NCBI GenBank assembly: GCA_001599295.1
Contig: BCGN01000009.1
Coordinates: 372,001 to 436,000, forward strand
Length of the DNA stretch: 64,000 bases
DNA from: Sporopachydermia quercuum
Lineage: Eukaryota
Direction: 5' to 3'
Part shown: piece by piece, positions 46,281 through 57,571 of the stretch
Position numbering within the stretch: position 1 is the first letter of the stretch
Layout of the letters: each line of letters starts with the position of its first letter
The notes under the pieces: model-generated
What the model saw: only the letters and a program-made list of their open reading frames with translations
Database searches by the model: none
Told to the model about the DNA's origin: nothing
Program-made: the position numbers and the translations under genes

Positions 46281-48719
46281 ATGTCACGAACTACTAGCTA
46301 TATTAGATCACAGTACCTATCACCATATAAGATAGTAGTGCTAATAGTAACAGCTATCTATTGTAATAGTCTAATAAGAGTATCTCACACTAGAAGGAAA
46401 ACACTACAGCATATCCTCAAGTACGTGGGAAACCTAGACTCGACTACAATCAATGTTCCGTTGAATAAATTCATATTTGATCTCCATGAATCAATCCTAC
46501 AGGACTCATCAACCACCAAGATTACCGGTAGTACCAGAATGCTCATAGCGAACATCTTACAAATGGTTAACAGCTTTCAGTCAATTGACCATATGCATAC
46601 GTTTTTCCTCAACATTTCGAAATATGTGTTTCAACCATCGTCAAAAGATAATCAACAGGATGATCTAAAAGCAGAATTAGTTAATCAAGGAATCGTACTA
46701 CATTCCAATGCTACTGTTGAGGATATTAGGCTATTATCAACTTTCAATATCTTAGGGTCATTTGTTAGGAACTGTAAGATGGCATTTGAAGTACTTGAAT
46801 TTGATGCTATGGTTCAACTATGGGAATCTTTTGTTTCTTATAGAAATATTGGTATGAATGATGGAAAAGTGATTACATTGAACCATTCATTAAGTAGTAT
46901 AACAGGTGATTCACCATTAAGTCTAGTAAATACCCCTTTTGTTCTAGGATCTAAGAAGCCGATCTCTATCAAACACTTATTACAATCGCCATTAATGAAT
47001 CACCCTGCTCTAATCGAACAGCGTGAACGTGTTGATGGTCCAATTATAATGACATCAGCAAATGATACAGAGGAACTACTGAATTATCATATTAGACTGT
47101 TTGAAGACAATGGTGTAACTCCATCAGTTGAAACTCGTGATATGCTTGTCAAACTAATCCAAGGAAGTAAAAACGACTTAGCATCGTATCATTACATTGA
47201 ATATCTTATTGCTCTGAAAGCAGGAGACTTTGAGAATAGCTTTGATTTACTGCACAGGTATTTTGATTATATGATGAGTAGTAATAATACCACGTTTTAT
47301 CATTATGCATTGATGAATTTAGCTAATTTACAAGCTGCTTATGGAAATGAGATTGAAACAGTAAGATCAATTGAAGAAGCAATTTCCGTTGCAAGGGAAA
47401 ATAAAGATTTCAATTGCTTGAATTATTTGCTCTCTTGGCTATATAATTACTTGAAAATGCACCCTCATTTGAAACATCACTTTCAGGTGACAGAAGATCA
47501 ACTACTGTTGTTTTTCAAAGTGAAATCTGGTGATTCATCCCCAATGCTGCAATCGATAGCTTTCCAATTAGAAGCAAACCAAGCTTTGGCTGAAGGTGCT
47601 CCTGTTTCTAAAGTATTAGGTGATGTAGTGAAAAGTGGCTATATTGGAGTAACTAATAATGATCACTCAATTCTCTGTAGACAGTCGCAAGTGCAATCAG
47701 CTGTTTGGAGCAGAATTGGCATTCCTAGACTTGCTGGTGTTTATATACACGTAACTTATGACATACTAGTTGAATCAAATATGATGTCGCAACAAGTGAG
47801 TGGCGAGGAAGCAGCAGGATTAATTATACGACAAGCAAGGCTTTCTTTTGAAGAGGGTAAAGTTGAAGAAGCTTTTCAGTTTATCAATGAGATAGGAAGT
47901 ATTGAGAGTTCTGATAGCGAGTCATTAAGAAAGCTTAGCTATCCTCATAAGCTAATACTTGAGGTTGCCTTAGGTATACGGAAAGGAAGATTAATATGGT
48001 GTAGAAACAGGATAAATGAACTATCAAGACTTAAGAATTGTGAATACAGCATTAAATTAGATGTTCTATATTTGAAAGCTGAGTTGGACTGTCAGTTTGG
48101 CGATAGATCTAAGGCACTGAAGCTAGTTGGCAATACTATTGAGGAGATCATCGAAGATGAACAAGATATCTATTATAGACTTAAATTCATGATTAAGTAT
48201 GCTGAAATTCTAGGAGACCAAAACCCTGGGAAGGTCATATCGTTGATTCTCAAGTGTATTTCATTAGCTCATAAGATACAATGCGTTCCATTATTATTGT
48301 CAGCGTTACTATGCTTTAGTAGAATTCTACTTAGCCTAAATGAAGTTGATGATGCCTTAATGATTCTTCACAGTTCGATGCCCAGAGTTATGGAATTGGG
48401 ATATAAAGGACAAATCGCTGAGGGAAACTTTTTACTAAGCGTTGCATGTTTCAAGAAGCTACTGGAAAATTCCGAAAAAACCTCAAACAAGTCCTTTAAC
48501 AAAGCTAGAGAATTAGAAAGAAGTTTAATCGATTATATGGCTAATGCTGTTGAAGTATACAAAGACCTTAGCGATAATTTGAAACTGATAGAATGCTATG
48601 AATTGGAAGAGAAATATTTTGATGTTCTTGATGTCAATGAAGGTNTCGAGAATATTAAAATTATGCAGAAAGAATTGAAAGATTTAATTTTACAAGAAAA
48701 TTCATATTCTCTTGTATAA
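46281..48719 (+). CDS. APC5: anaphase-promoting complex subunit 5
   Basis: YLSPYKI N-terminus; HYIEYL..FDLLHRYFDY and HYALMNLANLQ..IEEAISVARENKD (ANAPC5 domain); TPR-like C-terminal half. Confidence 0.9.
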   Translation: MSRTTSYIRSQYLSPYKIVVLIVTAIYCNSLIRVSHTRRKTLQHILKYVGNLDSTTINVPLNKFIFDLHESILQDSSTTKITGSTRMLIANILQMVNSFQSIDHMHTFFLNISKYVFQPSSKDNQQDDLKAELVNQGIVLHSNATVEDIRLLSTFNILGSFVRNCKMAFEVLEFDAMVQLWESFVSYRNIGMNDGKVITLNHSLSSITGDSPLSLVNTPFVLGSKKPISIKHLLQSPLMNHPALIEQRERVDGPIIMTSANDTEELLNYHIRLFEDNGVTPSVETRDMLVKLIQGSKNDLASYHYIEYLIALKAGDFENSFDLLHRYFDYMMSSNNTTFYHYALMNLANLQAAYGNEIETVRSIEEAISVARENKDFNCLNYLLSWLYNYLKMHPHLKHHFQVTEDQLLLFFKVKSGDSSPMLQSIAFQLEANQALAEGAPVSKVLGDVVKSGYIGVTNNDHSILCRQSQVQSAVWSRIGIPRLAGVYIHVTYDILVESNMMSQQVSGEEAAGLIIRQARLSFEEGKVEEAFQFINEIGSIESSDSESLRKLSYPHKLILEVALGIRKGRLIWCRNRINELSRLKNCEYSIKLDVLYLKAELDCQFGDRSKALKLVGNTIEEIIEDEQDIYYRLKFMIKYAEILGDQNPGKVISLILKCISLAHKIQCVPLLLSALLCFSRILLSLNEVDDALMILHSSMPRVMELGYKGQIAEGNFLLSVACFKKLLENSEKTSNKSFNKARELERSLIDYMANAVEVYKDLSDNLKLIECYELEEKYFDVLDVNEGXENIKIMQKELKDLILQENSYSLV

Positions 48720-48997
48720 GATGGATACTAATAATCGATATCTATATATATCATTAGGTATAATAATGAAAAATAAGACGCTTTAGTGAATGAACATTAG
48801 ATTCATAATTTAATTTAATATAATAAAGCAATGTGTGATTTTAGTAGAATTGTTAAACTCACAATTGAATTTAACCGCCTAACAGATCCCAATCAGATGC
48901 AAGATGTAAAATAGATTATCCCAAAGATGATTATTGTACCTAACACTTAGTAGAGATGGTCAACCTAACCTAACATAAANGTTGCTTGAATGAAATT

Positions 48998-49003
48998 ACG
49001 CGT
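48998..49003. promoter_or_regulatory. MCB element (ACGCGT) upstream of the Fpg gene
   Basis: Exact match about 155 bp upstream of the ATG at 49158; single copy. Confidence 0.3.
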
Positions 49004-49157
49004 CTCAAACATTATTATAGCTTCCATCGTTTTTATCATATTACTTTACTTTATAAATCTCAAATGTTTTATGAATATACTTGTATAGTACAATTTATAT
49101 TCCTATTTTTGGTAGAAAGAAAGGATTCACGAATAACTATTATAAGATCGTCTAAGA

Positions 49158-50367
49158 ATGCCAGAACTTGGTGAGGTATGAATCACTTTTATTCACTGCA
49201 TGTTTTACTGTATTGATTGGTTCCTTACATGTAGCGTGATATCTATCCAATCAATTTATCATTAATCTCTTATTCTAACTGTCGAAATAGGTTGCCCATG
49301 CTTCAGCGCTATTGTCAAGATTCCTGAAAGACCATGTGATAAGATCGGTTGCAGTTGCTGATGATCCTATTGTTTTCCAGAAAGAACCTGCTGATAAAAT
49401 CCAAAATGCGTTGTCAAATGCATTCGTAGAATCAGTAGGTACTCAGGGAAAATATTTCTGGTTCAGATATAGAAAACAGTTTGATGGTCCGTCTACCAAA
49501 CGAAAGAAACCTAACAAGAAATTCTTGTCTTCTTCTTCAAAGTCAAAATCAGAAGGTACATTGAAAACAGATAGTGTTGTGTTAATGCATTTTGGTATGA
49601 CAGGCTGGATCAAAGTCAAAGGGGTCAGAACACATATGTTAGTTATGGAAAATGGTGGAGATAAGAAAGCACAAGAATTATTGAATGCAAAAATTGAACC
49701 AGAAAATGAAGATCTAAAAGTAGCAGATGAGAAGAAAGATGCATTAGGTGAATTAGAGTTTGTTGAAGAAGAGGAGTGGCCACCTAGATTTGAGAAAATG
49801 ATGCTTACAACTGAAAAAGATGATGAAATATGTTTTGTAGATGCCAGAAGACTAGGAAGAATCAGAATCTATGAAGATTTACTGAAAGAGGAAGATGGAG
49901 AAGATGAATTGATTGCTTCAATTCCTTACCTATCAGCATTAGGTCCTGACTTCTCAAAAGATAATAAACGTAGATGGGATTTTGATCAGTTTAAAGAAAA
50001 AGTATCTAAAAAGAAGGTTCCTATTAAATCATTATTGCTTGACCAAACTTTCTTTTCGGGGGTCGGAAATTGGATGGGTGATGAAATCTTATATCATTCA
50101 AGAATTCATCCTCAGACTTATGCTAATGTTTTATCAGATGATGAATTGAAAGTGCTATACAAAAATTTGATCATGGTATGTGAGACAAGTGCGCAATATG
50201 GTGGAAATGTGTTGAAACTACCAGAAAATTGGTTGATGCCATATAGATGGGGAAAAAGAAAGAAGAATGAGAAGTCATATACAAAAGATGGGTTAGAGAT
50301 AAGTCATGTTTCTGTTGGAGGTCGTACTAGTTCTTTTGTTCCTAAGTTGCAAAAGGTTAAGAAATAG
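49158..50367 (+). CDS. FPG1: Fpg/Nei-family DNA glycosylase (fungal/plant zincless-finger type); exons 49158-49175, 49291-50367
   Basis: Splicing gives MPELGE|VAHA (catalytic Pro2-Glu3); GKYFW, MHFGMTG, DARRLGR, H2TH IKSLLLDQTFFSGVGNWMGDEILY, VGGRTSSFVPKLQK. Confidence 0.93.
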
Positions 50368-51055
50368 AATAATGACGTTAAAAATGAGAAATGAGAGAAA
50401 TATCAATGACGGTGACGGCAAAGCAATTGTAACATAATTGCGCGAATTGAGCGAAATGTTAGGTTGTCTTATTTTCACCTGGTAAATTAGGTTAGGACGT
50501 TTTTTAGTTTGCTAAGCAGGGTGGTACTTTTACCAATTCTGTAAAATGAAGCTGTGAAAAATATTGTGATAGTGATTTTATTCCTACTACCAACCACCAG
50601 CAATCCATTACGATATTTATTTACCCATGAGTTATTGTTATAGAAAAGTGAAATATCAAATGTAGTTAGTAGGATATCCACTGTCGTAATATTTCATCGG
50701 TAATAGACTTCATTGACAATCAGCAAGACTTCCTCATATATGGTATTGTTTCTTTATATTCTGTTACACAACAATTATAACCGTCATGGTCATTATTCAG
50801 TCAAAGGGTAAGATAACCTAATGTTATATCATAGAAACATTCTTTTACTAAGAGAGCAATTGGCTCTACTTTATAAATGTAAAACATTATATGTCAACAT
50901 ATAAAGTATACCATCTATAATTCATTCATTTCTTCGATATCAATAACTTAAATCATTCAGAAAAGCAAAGAACCTGTGATTCAGTTTCAGATATAAGTTA
51001 ATCTAATTTTCTTAAACCTATTCCATTTATTTCTCACAAAGTATACTCAGCTCGA

Positions 51056-53017
51056 TCATATAAATGCCAGCGGTACCATTGAAGGTCTTCCATGGGCACA
51101 TTGGAAAGGTAGTTGACATAAACCAAGTCCTCGGATCAAATCAGAGCATTCATCTTTTGTTAATTCATCACCAAATTTAATAGCATATCTACAAGCTTTC
51201 ATATTTATTAGATTCAATATTCCTCTAGGACATGATTTCAATGCTTTGATCCAATTTAGTTCAGCATTCTCATCATTATGGAAAACACTAAGTTTAATAC
51301 TAATCTTGACTTTATTAGCTAGATCCTCAATATAGTCAACGACCAGAGTTTCTATGAATTTTTCATCAGCAATATTTCTTTCATAGATAAAATAAGGAAC
51401 AGTAAAAATTGTTAATATATATGTGTCATTGATTCCTAACGGCGAACGTATATGATTAGTTGTGAAGAAAATACCCCATTGTCTGAAAAGTTCATTATAA
51501 GACCGGGCTAATAAAAATTGTGACGATGATAAGGAAATAAGAGTTGGCTCCTTTAAACTTGTTAGAGTTATGTTGAATATGTTAGATATATTTGAGTTCG
51601 GTTGTGGACTATCAAAATCAGTACTATTATCCAGTCTACTCAGATTCTCAAAATTCGCAGCACAGGATTTAATATAGTGCTGATAGTACTTTTCTACTTT
51701 AATCCGCTCATCGGAGGCATGTTGATCAAAACATACAATTACTTTCTCATGTTNTCCCTTGTCAATGGTATTAGATGTTCTCGTTACTTTTACTAGTATG
51801 AATTTCTTATCGAATTGTTGTAATATCTGAACACTTTGTAAATCATTCTTCGTGATAAATTGTTTATCCACAAAAAAATGAGGATTTGAATAATATTGAG
51901 AAAGCTCGTATTTGGCACTAGTAAAGTGATTTAGTGATTGTGAACTCAATTCATTGGCCGAATTAGCATTCATATTTAATCTCCGTTTCTTCTTAGAACT
52001 CGATTTATTAGGTGATGTATCCTGTAGAACAGCTTTAAAAGCAGCTGACAGTAATTCTGTAATTATTGGTGCAAGAGACGTCTCGTAAATCGTCTTGAAA
52101 TTATCTTGAAACATCTCATCCTCTAGCACTTGTCCATTTATAAGAATCAAATATGAGCATTTGGAGATGTCCGTAGAACTTTCTATCATCTTTTCAATTG
52201 CCACATTAACTAGACGATTATCTAAAAGTCTGTTATTGAGAAAGACACTATGGATTCCTGTCAGACCATCTATTATCATTCCATGAGCTTTGATATTTTT
52301 CAAGCTAGCATCCACTTCTTTGAAACAGTGCCCATGTTGCTCCAAACTTGGGAATAAACTTCTAACTACCGTCATAAATCTATTTTTACTTAAAGGGTTA
52401 ACTAAAATGTTCTCTGGTATACAGAATTGCTGAGTTTTATTTTTGAATGCCAGTTTAAAATCAATACTGAGATCTGCCTTCCAGGCCATGAAGATGAGCC
52501 AGTTCTTCAAGTAATTCAAATCATCAGAAGATAACAACCCTCTCTCTAAAATTTCTTGTTTTCGAACAGGATAGTTTTCGAATAGAGCTCTGATTTTTAC
52601 CTCAGTGCCAGAAGGAAAAGGAAACCATTTTATCTCGCGAATAGCTTTGGTTCCTTGTTTGAAATATGTACGAGCAGCACTTCCCTCACTGCATCTGTCC
52701 CATTTACTAGTGATTTCTAATCTTGCAAGTTCANGTATGCTCCATAGCGTTTCACCACGATACCCATATGTTTCTAGGTTCAATTTTTTGGATGTGAAGT
52801 TCCTTTTACCAACTTTAGACAGCTCATCTTTGGATATACCAGTCCCGTTGTCTATAACTTGGATTTCAGTATCAGATACTTGAATACCAATAAAAGAAGC
52901 ATTGGCATCAACAGAATTTTGAACTAATTCGACAAGCAGAACCGCAATACTAAAAATCCTGGTTTGAGCCCTTAATATTGATATTACAGAATCATTCAAT
53001 GCTCTAATACCGGACAT
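51056..53017 (-). CDS. MLH3: MutL homolog Mlh3 (MutL-gamma endonuclease subunit)
   Basis: GHKL motifs ELVQNSVDA, DNGTGI, TSK, YGYRGET; C-terminal QFDKKFI, DQHASDERIKVE, ACRYAIKFGD, PFQCAHGRPS. Confidence 0.92.
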   Translation of the reverse strand: MSGIRALNDSVISILRAQTRIFSIAVLLVELVQNSVDANASFIGIQVSDTEIQVIDNGTGISKDELSKVGKRNFTSKKLNLETYGYRGETLWSIXELARLEITSKWDRCSEGSAARTYFKQGTKAIREIKWFPFPSGTEVKIRALFENYPVRKQEILERGLLSSDDLNYLKNWLIFMAWKADLSIDFKLAFKNKTQQFCIPENILVNPLSKNRFMTVVRSLFPSLEQHGHCFKEVDASLKNIKAHGMIIDGLTGIHSVFLNNRLLDNRLVNVAIEKMIESSTDISKCSYLILINGQVLEDEMFQDNFKTIYETSLAPIITELLSAAFKAVLQDTSPNKSSSKKKRRLNMNANSANELSSQSLNHFTSAKYELSQYYSNPHFFVDKQFITKNDLQSVQILQQFDKKFILVKVTRTSNTIDKGXHEKVIVCFDQHASDERIKVEKYYQHYIKSCAANFENLSRLDNSTDFDSPQPNSNISNIFNITLTSLKEPTLISLSSSQFLLARSYNELFRQWGIFFTTNHIRSPLGINDTYILTIFTVPYFIYERNIADEKFIETLVVDYIEDLANKVKISIKLSVFHNDENAELNWIKALKSCPRGILNLINMKACRYAIKFGDELTKDECSDLIRGLGLCQLPFQCAHGRPSMVPLAFI

Positions 53018-53495
53018 TCCAGAATCTAGTTACAATTGGTTGTGTGAATAGTGGGATGGTATTGATAGATGTAGCATTTCAGTCAACTGATGATCAAAAC
53101 AATCGGTATATATAGCTAAAGTAAAAAATAAGTGGAAAATATTGCCTCTTACTCAGTAAAGATATTTTATAAAGTAATATCAATGTCTTCTCCAATCAAT
53201 ATCATCAAATGCTTATATTCNAGAGGTAACCAGTTATAAAAATTAAACTGAAGATAGTGAATGGTTTCTCATAATCGATAAGAATTGTGTTAGGTTATAT
53301 TTAAAAGGGAAAATAATGAAACAAAACCTAAACATCGTTTGGAAACAAACTTTCTTATCCNTCCAGTTCGAGCATTTTACTTCTGTTCGATTCATCTTCT
53401 TCACAATAGAGTAAAATCAAACACCGTTCGAATAAAAATTAAACGCANTGTCCTTTTGAGTCTTTCCTCTGATTTCGAAATATATTATATGTTTC

Positions 53496-54839
53496 ATGGT
53501 GGAAATTATCTATCAAAATGGTTACCGGTTGGTACTACCACATTTCTATTCTGCTGCCACACACTGTAAGCATAGATGGGTAGGTAAGTCAGTTATGGAT
53601 ATCCTTACCAGTGAATTCGCATCAATTCCTGAAGAATTTCATAGAAGTAGTATTGAAAATGGTACAGTTACTTTGATAAAAAATAGGAACAGAGGAAAAA
53701 AGTATAAAGAAGAGGTTCTAACCGGCCTTACTCTCCTGAGAACCAATGTTTTAATGGGGGATATCCTGATTTGTGAAGTTCACAAGCACGAGAGAGCCAT
53801 AAAAGCTATTCCAGTGAATGGCAAATATCCAATTCAATTTATTCATAATGCTGATGAAATTTTGGTTGTCAATAAACCATCTGGAATTCCAACTCATCCT
53901 ACTGGTTGGTATCATCATAATAGTCTACTAAATGTGCTCGAGGAGGAGTACAAGTTGGAAAAGCTCCATCCCGTTCATAGATTAGACAAGGGAACTAGTG
54001 GTGTTCAAATTTTTGCAAAAAATCAGGAGAAGGCAGAAGAATTGGCCAAACTGATTTGCGATAGAAAAGTTCAGAAGTTCTATGTTGCCAGAGTTTCCGG
54101 CCTGGTACCTTCTTGTGTTAAAGTGATGAATAGCCCCTTAGTTTCAATCAGAAATTTTGTCAGCCCTATTGGTTCTGTTTCTGTTATAGATGCATCGACT
54201 GAATTCTATCCCTTATGGTACGATTATGTTAACAATGAGAGTATCCTATTAGTTAAGCCGTTGACAGGGCGGTATCATCAAATAAGAATTCATTTACGTG
54301 ACTGGGGGTTTCCAATAATTAATGATACTTTATACAGTGAAGATTCTATATTTTCCAAGAAGAACACCAGAGAGATCATTAGAACAGCAAATAAGTTTTT
54401 CCAGTCAATTCAAGACGAAAAGGGTTCTATTTCAACGGCTGGTTTGAAGAAGAGTAACGATCCCATAATTCAACAGTATCTAGCAGAATTCTATAAACTT
54501 GAGCAACTTCAGAAGACAAAGGAAAACCAATTAAGAAGACATTCAAATGATAAAAGGTGCTCAGAATGTGGACATCTTTTGCTTGATGAAGAAATTTGGA
54601 ATGAAAACGATAAAGATGAAATGTGCTTACATTCTGTTCGGTATCGTTATATACCATCAGACGATCATTCAGATACTCAAAAATTTTCTTTCAGAAAGAC
54701 TGGTAGCAAGCCAAAACCGTGGGATTTTCTTACACCACTACCTTCGTGGGCCATTGTTGGTGATAATAAAACTATTGATTGGGATAAAGCTTTGAATGGT
54801 ATGACAAATGCATCACTACTATCAAATGAGATAATATAA
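53496..54839 (+). CDS. PUS6: RluA-family tRNA pseudouridine synthase, Pus6-like
   Basis: N-terminus IIYQNGYRLVLP..RWVGKSVMDILTSEF resembles Pus6; NKPSGIPTHP, HRLDKGTSG, TGRYHQIRIHL, GFPIINDTLY. Confidence 0.8.
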   Translation: MVEIIYQNGYRLVLPHFYSAATHCKHRWVGKSVMDILTSEFASIPEEFHRSSIENGTVTLIKNRNRGKKYKEEVLTGLTLLRTNVLMGDILICEVHKHERAIKAIPVNGKYPIQFIHNADEILVVNKPSGIPTHPTGWYHHNSLLNVLEEEYKLEKLHPVHRLDKGTSGVQIFAKNQEKAEELAKLICDRKVQKFYVARVSGLVPSCVKVMNSPLVSIRNFVSPIGSVSVIDASTEFYPLWYDYVNNESILLVKPLTGRYHQIRIHLRDWGFPIINDTLYSEDSIFSKKNTREIIRTANKFFQSIQDEKGSISTAGLKKSNDPIIQQYLAEFYKLEQLQKTKENQLRRHSNDKRCSECGHLLLDEEIWNENDKDEMCLHSVRYRYIPSDDHSDTQKFSFRKTGSKPKPWDFLTPLPSWAIVGDNKTIDWDKALNGMTNASLLSNEII

Positions 54840-55107
54840 AGTCTCCTATAAGCTTAACTATAAATAGATTTAATTATTGAAATGCATCATACTTGTATAT
54901 ATAGATTTTATCAATCTTTTCAGCTATATCATATGTTTTAATAACTTTTCTTTTTTCTATATCCTGCTCTTATCGACCTATGTAGCATCCAAACGATTCC
55001 CTAATTCGACCAACTAAAAGCAAATAAAGATGCAGATCACCTAATTTCATGCAATATCACACTATCCTTTCTTCGTGGTAAGTCATATAAATTATAATAC
55101 AATCAAT

Positions 55108-55998
55108 TCACACTTTTGTTGGAGCGAAATCTTTACTGTAGTTGTTAGTACCAGGCAACTCACGACTTGCTCTTCCCCAATCAAACTTCCTGTTAGAATT
55201 CTCCACCCAAGAAGAATTATTAAATGGCCTCTCCATATTAATTTTAAACAAACGCCGCACTGCTTTATCCATTGACATTTGGAATTCATCATAATCCTCT
55301 TTGCTATAAGGGACATGATCAGCTCTAATTAAATACACACCTCTTAATGTATAAGCTCTACCTTTTTCTTTCTGCTCAAGCTTCTCTAATGATGCTGATA
55401 ATGTTTCCAGAATAATTCTCTTCAAGGTTCTTCTGCCGGCTGCGTATTTCATAGGATTTCGAGATCTCTTGCCGGATGCTTTTTCGGTTGATCCCCTCTT
55501 CTGTTTCTCCTTTACCCCACTCCCTCTGAAATTACCTTCAGTGCCTTCACCATATTGGACTAGTAAGCCAAAGGGTGATTTCCGGAAAAGTGATAAGAAA
55601 TGTGCAGTAGGACAGAATTGAAAACGAATATTCCGATCACGATACAACACATCAACCAAACCAGCAGCTCCAAATCGATAGAGATATTCAACACCAGCAG
55701 TTCGAACACCTTTAATGTTTTCATACAAATTAGAGCTTATAGGATGATCAGCGTCATTATAACTTTCTATGGGTTTATAATAGTCATCATTTTCCCTGTC
55801 AATATTCAGATGATTTATTAAAGGTTCAGTGATAAGCAAATCTCTTTCTTGATGTGAATTTAACCGATTTTTCCTTGCGTCTTCATCTGTTCTAACTATT
55901 GAAACAAGAGACCTATAGTAAGCTGTTGATTTGGGCGAAAATAACAATCCTTTTCGTGTCTTCCATAACCTGGGAATCTTTTGTTGAAATACTGACAT
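55108..55998 (-). CDS. uncharacterised basic protein, probably mitochondrial, with an RnpA-like motif
   Basis: 296 aa ORF from the ATG at 55998; Arg/Lys/Ser-rich acid-free N-terminus; KYAAGRRTLKRIILE (see findings). Confidence refers to its being a gene. Confidence 0.8.
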   Translation of the reverse strand: MSVFQQKIPRLWKTRKGLLFSPKSTAYYRSLVSIVRTDEDARKNRLNSHQERDLLITEPLINHLNIDRENDDYYKPIESYNDADHPISSNLYENIKGVRTAGVEYLYRFGAAGLVDVLYRDRNIRFQFCPTAHFLSLFRKSPFGLLVQYGEGTEGNFRGSGVKEKQKRGSTEKASGKRSRNPMKYAAGRRTLKRIILETLSASLEKLEQKEKGRAYTLRGVYLIRADHVPYSKEDYDEFQMSMDKAVRRLFKINMERPFNNSSWVENSNRKFDWGRASRELPGTNNYSKDFAPTKV

Positions 55999-57494
55999 TA
56001 TTATCAAATAGACTAGAGACGAAATACAATGCGATGAGAAGAGTTAAGATGACAATGATGATAATGGGCTTTTGACCCATCCACTAAAGGAATTCAAGGA
56101 AAAATACAATACTAGTCTGACATTCACAAGAAATATAATGGAATATTCAATAAAACTAAGATATCAGCGTCATTCAAGTATTCAAGTACAACAATATAAT
56201 TATGAACAATTTACTACACATAATAAGTGAATTTCATTCTAGATCTATTCTATTATATCTAACAACCAATTTTCACTGAATTTGCCTGTGCCAAAAGAAA
56301 AGAAAAAAAGATGAGTTAGGATACTTCCTTATTTGGTAACTTTCTCCTCCACCTACTTAAGATCCATGCTTTATGCCATGAGGCAATTGATTAGGAAGTA
56401 TCTTGGAGCATCTCGAGATCTCGGAAGAATGTTGTGATAGAAGATAAATTACGGAAACATTGGGTAGTAAACTGCATTTTTATCCATTTAGCGATAATTC
56501 GTTACTGAAATACAATTAATCTCATTATATCAGTGCTTAAGTGATGACTTCCTATTTTTTCTTAAAGGGATGCATAATTATGCAAGTACAACCTTAATCA
56601 CGTGTACTTATTGTATCATGGTACCTTAAAATGATATGACTAATGCAGTAACTGAACAGTAGTTAAAATTATAGATTATACCTACAAGATATTTGAAATT
56701 TATCAACTTACTGAGAATGCTGTAAGTCAATAATCATTTAAATAAGAATAATACTCCCTTCTGATGTGACTATCTATTAAACTTATGATAGACCATATTG
56801 ATTCGGTGCAACACTTCACATATGGCTCTGAATTTGGACATGATTATTGGTATTACTGAAATCCAATTGATATATTTGCCTATATTTTTAAAGTTTATTC
56901 AAGCTCTTATATTTCATTTCTGATATCATAGTCTCATTACACTTCCCCATATTGCCGTAAACCTGACATTGCAATCTGACAATCCTTTTTTGTTGGGCTT
57001 GAATAAAATATCAAATAACAGCTCTCTACTACCAGAAAAGTTTTAAGCATAGCACAGCAGTTAATCAAACACCTTCCCATCACATATCAGGTTATGAAAA
57101 CCTTAATCTATTACTTACAATATCTAAAACCTTATATCTCAACACTTCACATGTAAGAGCTTTATATGCATACACAAATTAAAATTTCCTTCATTATGAG
57201 GCCTGAAAAGTAAAAAGATTTTTTTATAGGTAGGGCAAGTGAGAAAGATCAATTATGTTGATTGATACAGCTTTTAACAACAGCATTAGACAATAAGAAC
57301 TAAAATATTAAACCATTTAACTAGTGAAATAGACTATAGAAGATCTGAGGACCACAATTTGACTCAAATTGCAGGTTTTTTTATGATTCGATCGTTGTCA
57401 GAAAAGCTATTCATACATCGTTTAGAGCTGCTTACTGCAACAATACAAAACGTTGTTAAACCACATCACAGACTAGTCTATTTTCAGTTGGTAG

Positions 57495-57571
57495 GTATGT
57501 TTTTGTTATTTTTTGATAAGGAAGAAGAGTTTGATTCTTGTAGTAGTAGAAAATTCCGTCTAACTGTATAG
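57495..57571 (+). other. predicted 5'-UTR intron of SFP1
   Basis: GTATGT at 57495, GTCTAAC at 57558-57564, TAG at 57569-57571; same size and geometry as the coding introns in the window. Confidence 0.6.

Noticed and set aside
56597..56760. ATCACGTG as CDEI of a point centromere
   Set aside because: No >90% AT CDEII and no CCG-containing CDEIII at the expected spacing; more likely an ordinary Cbf1/bHLH site.
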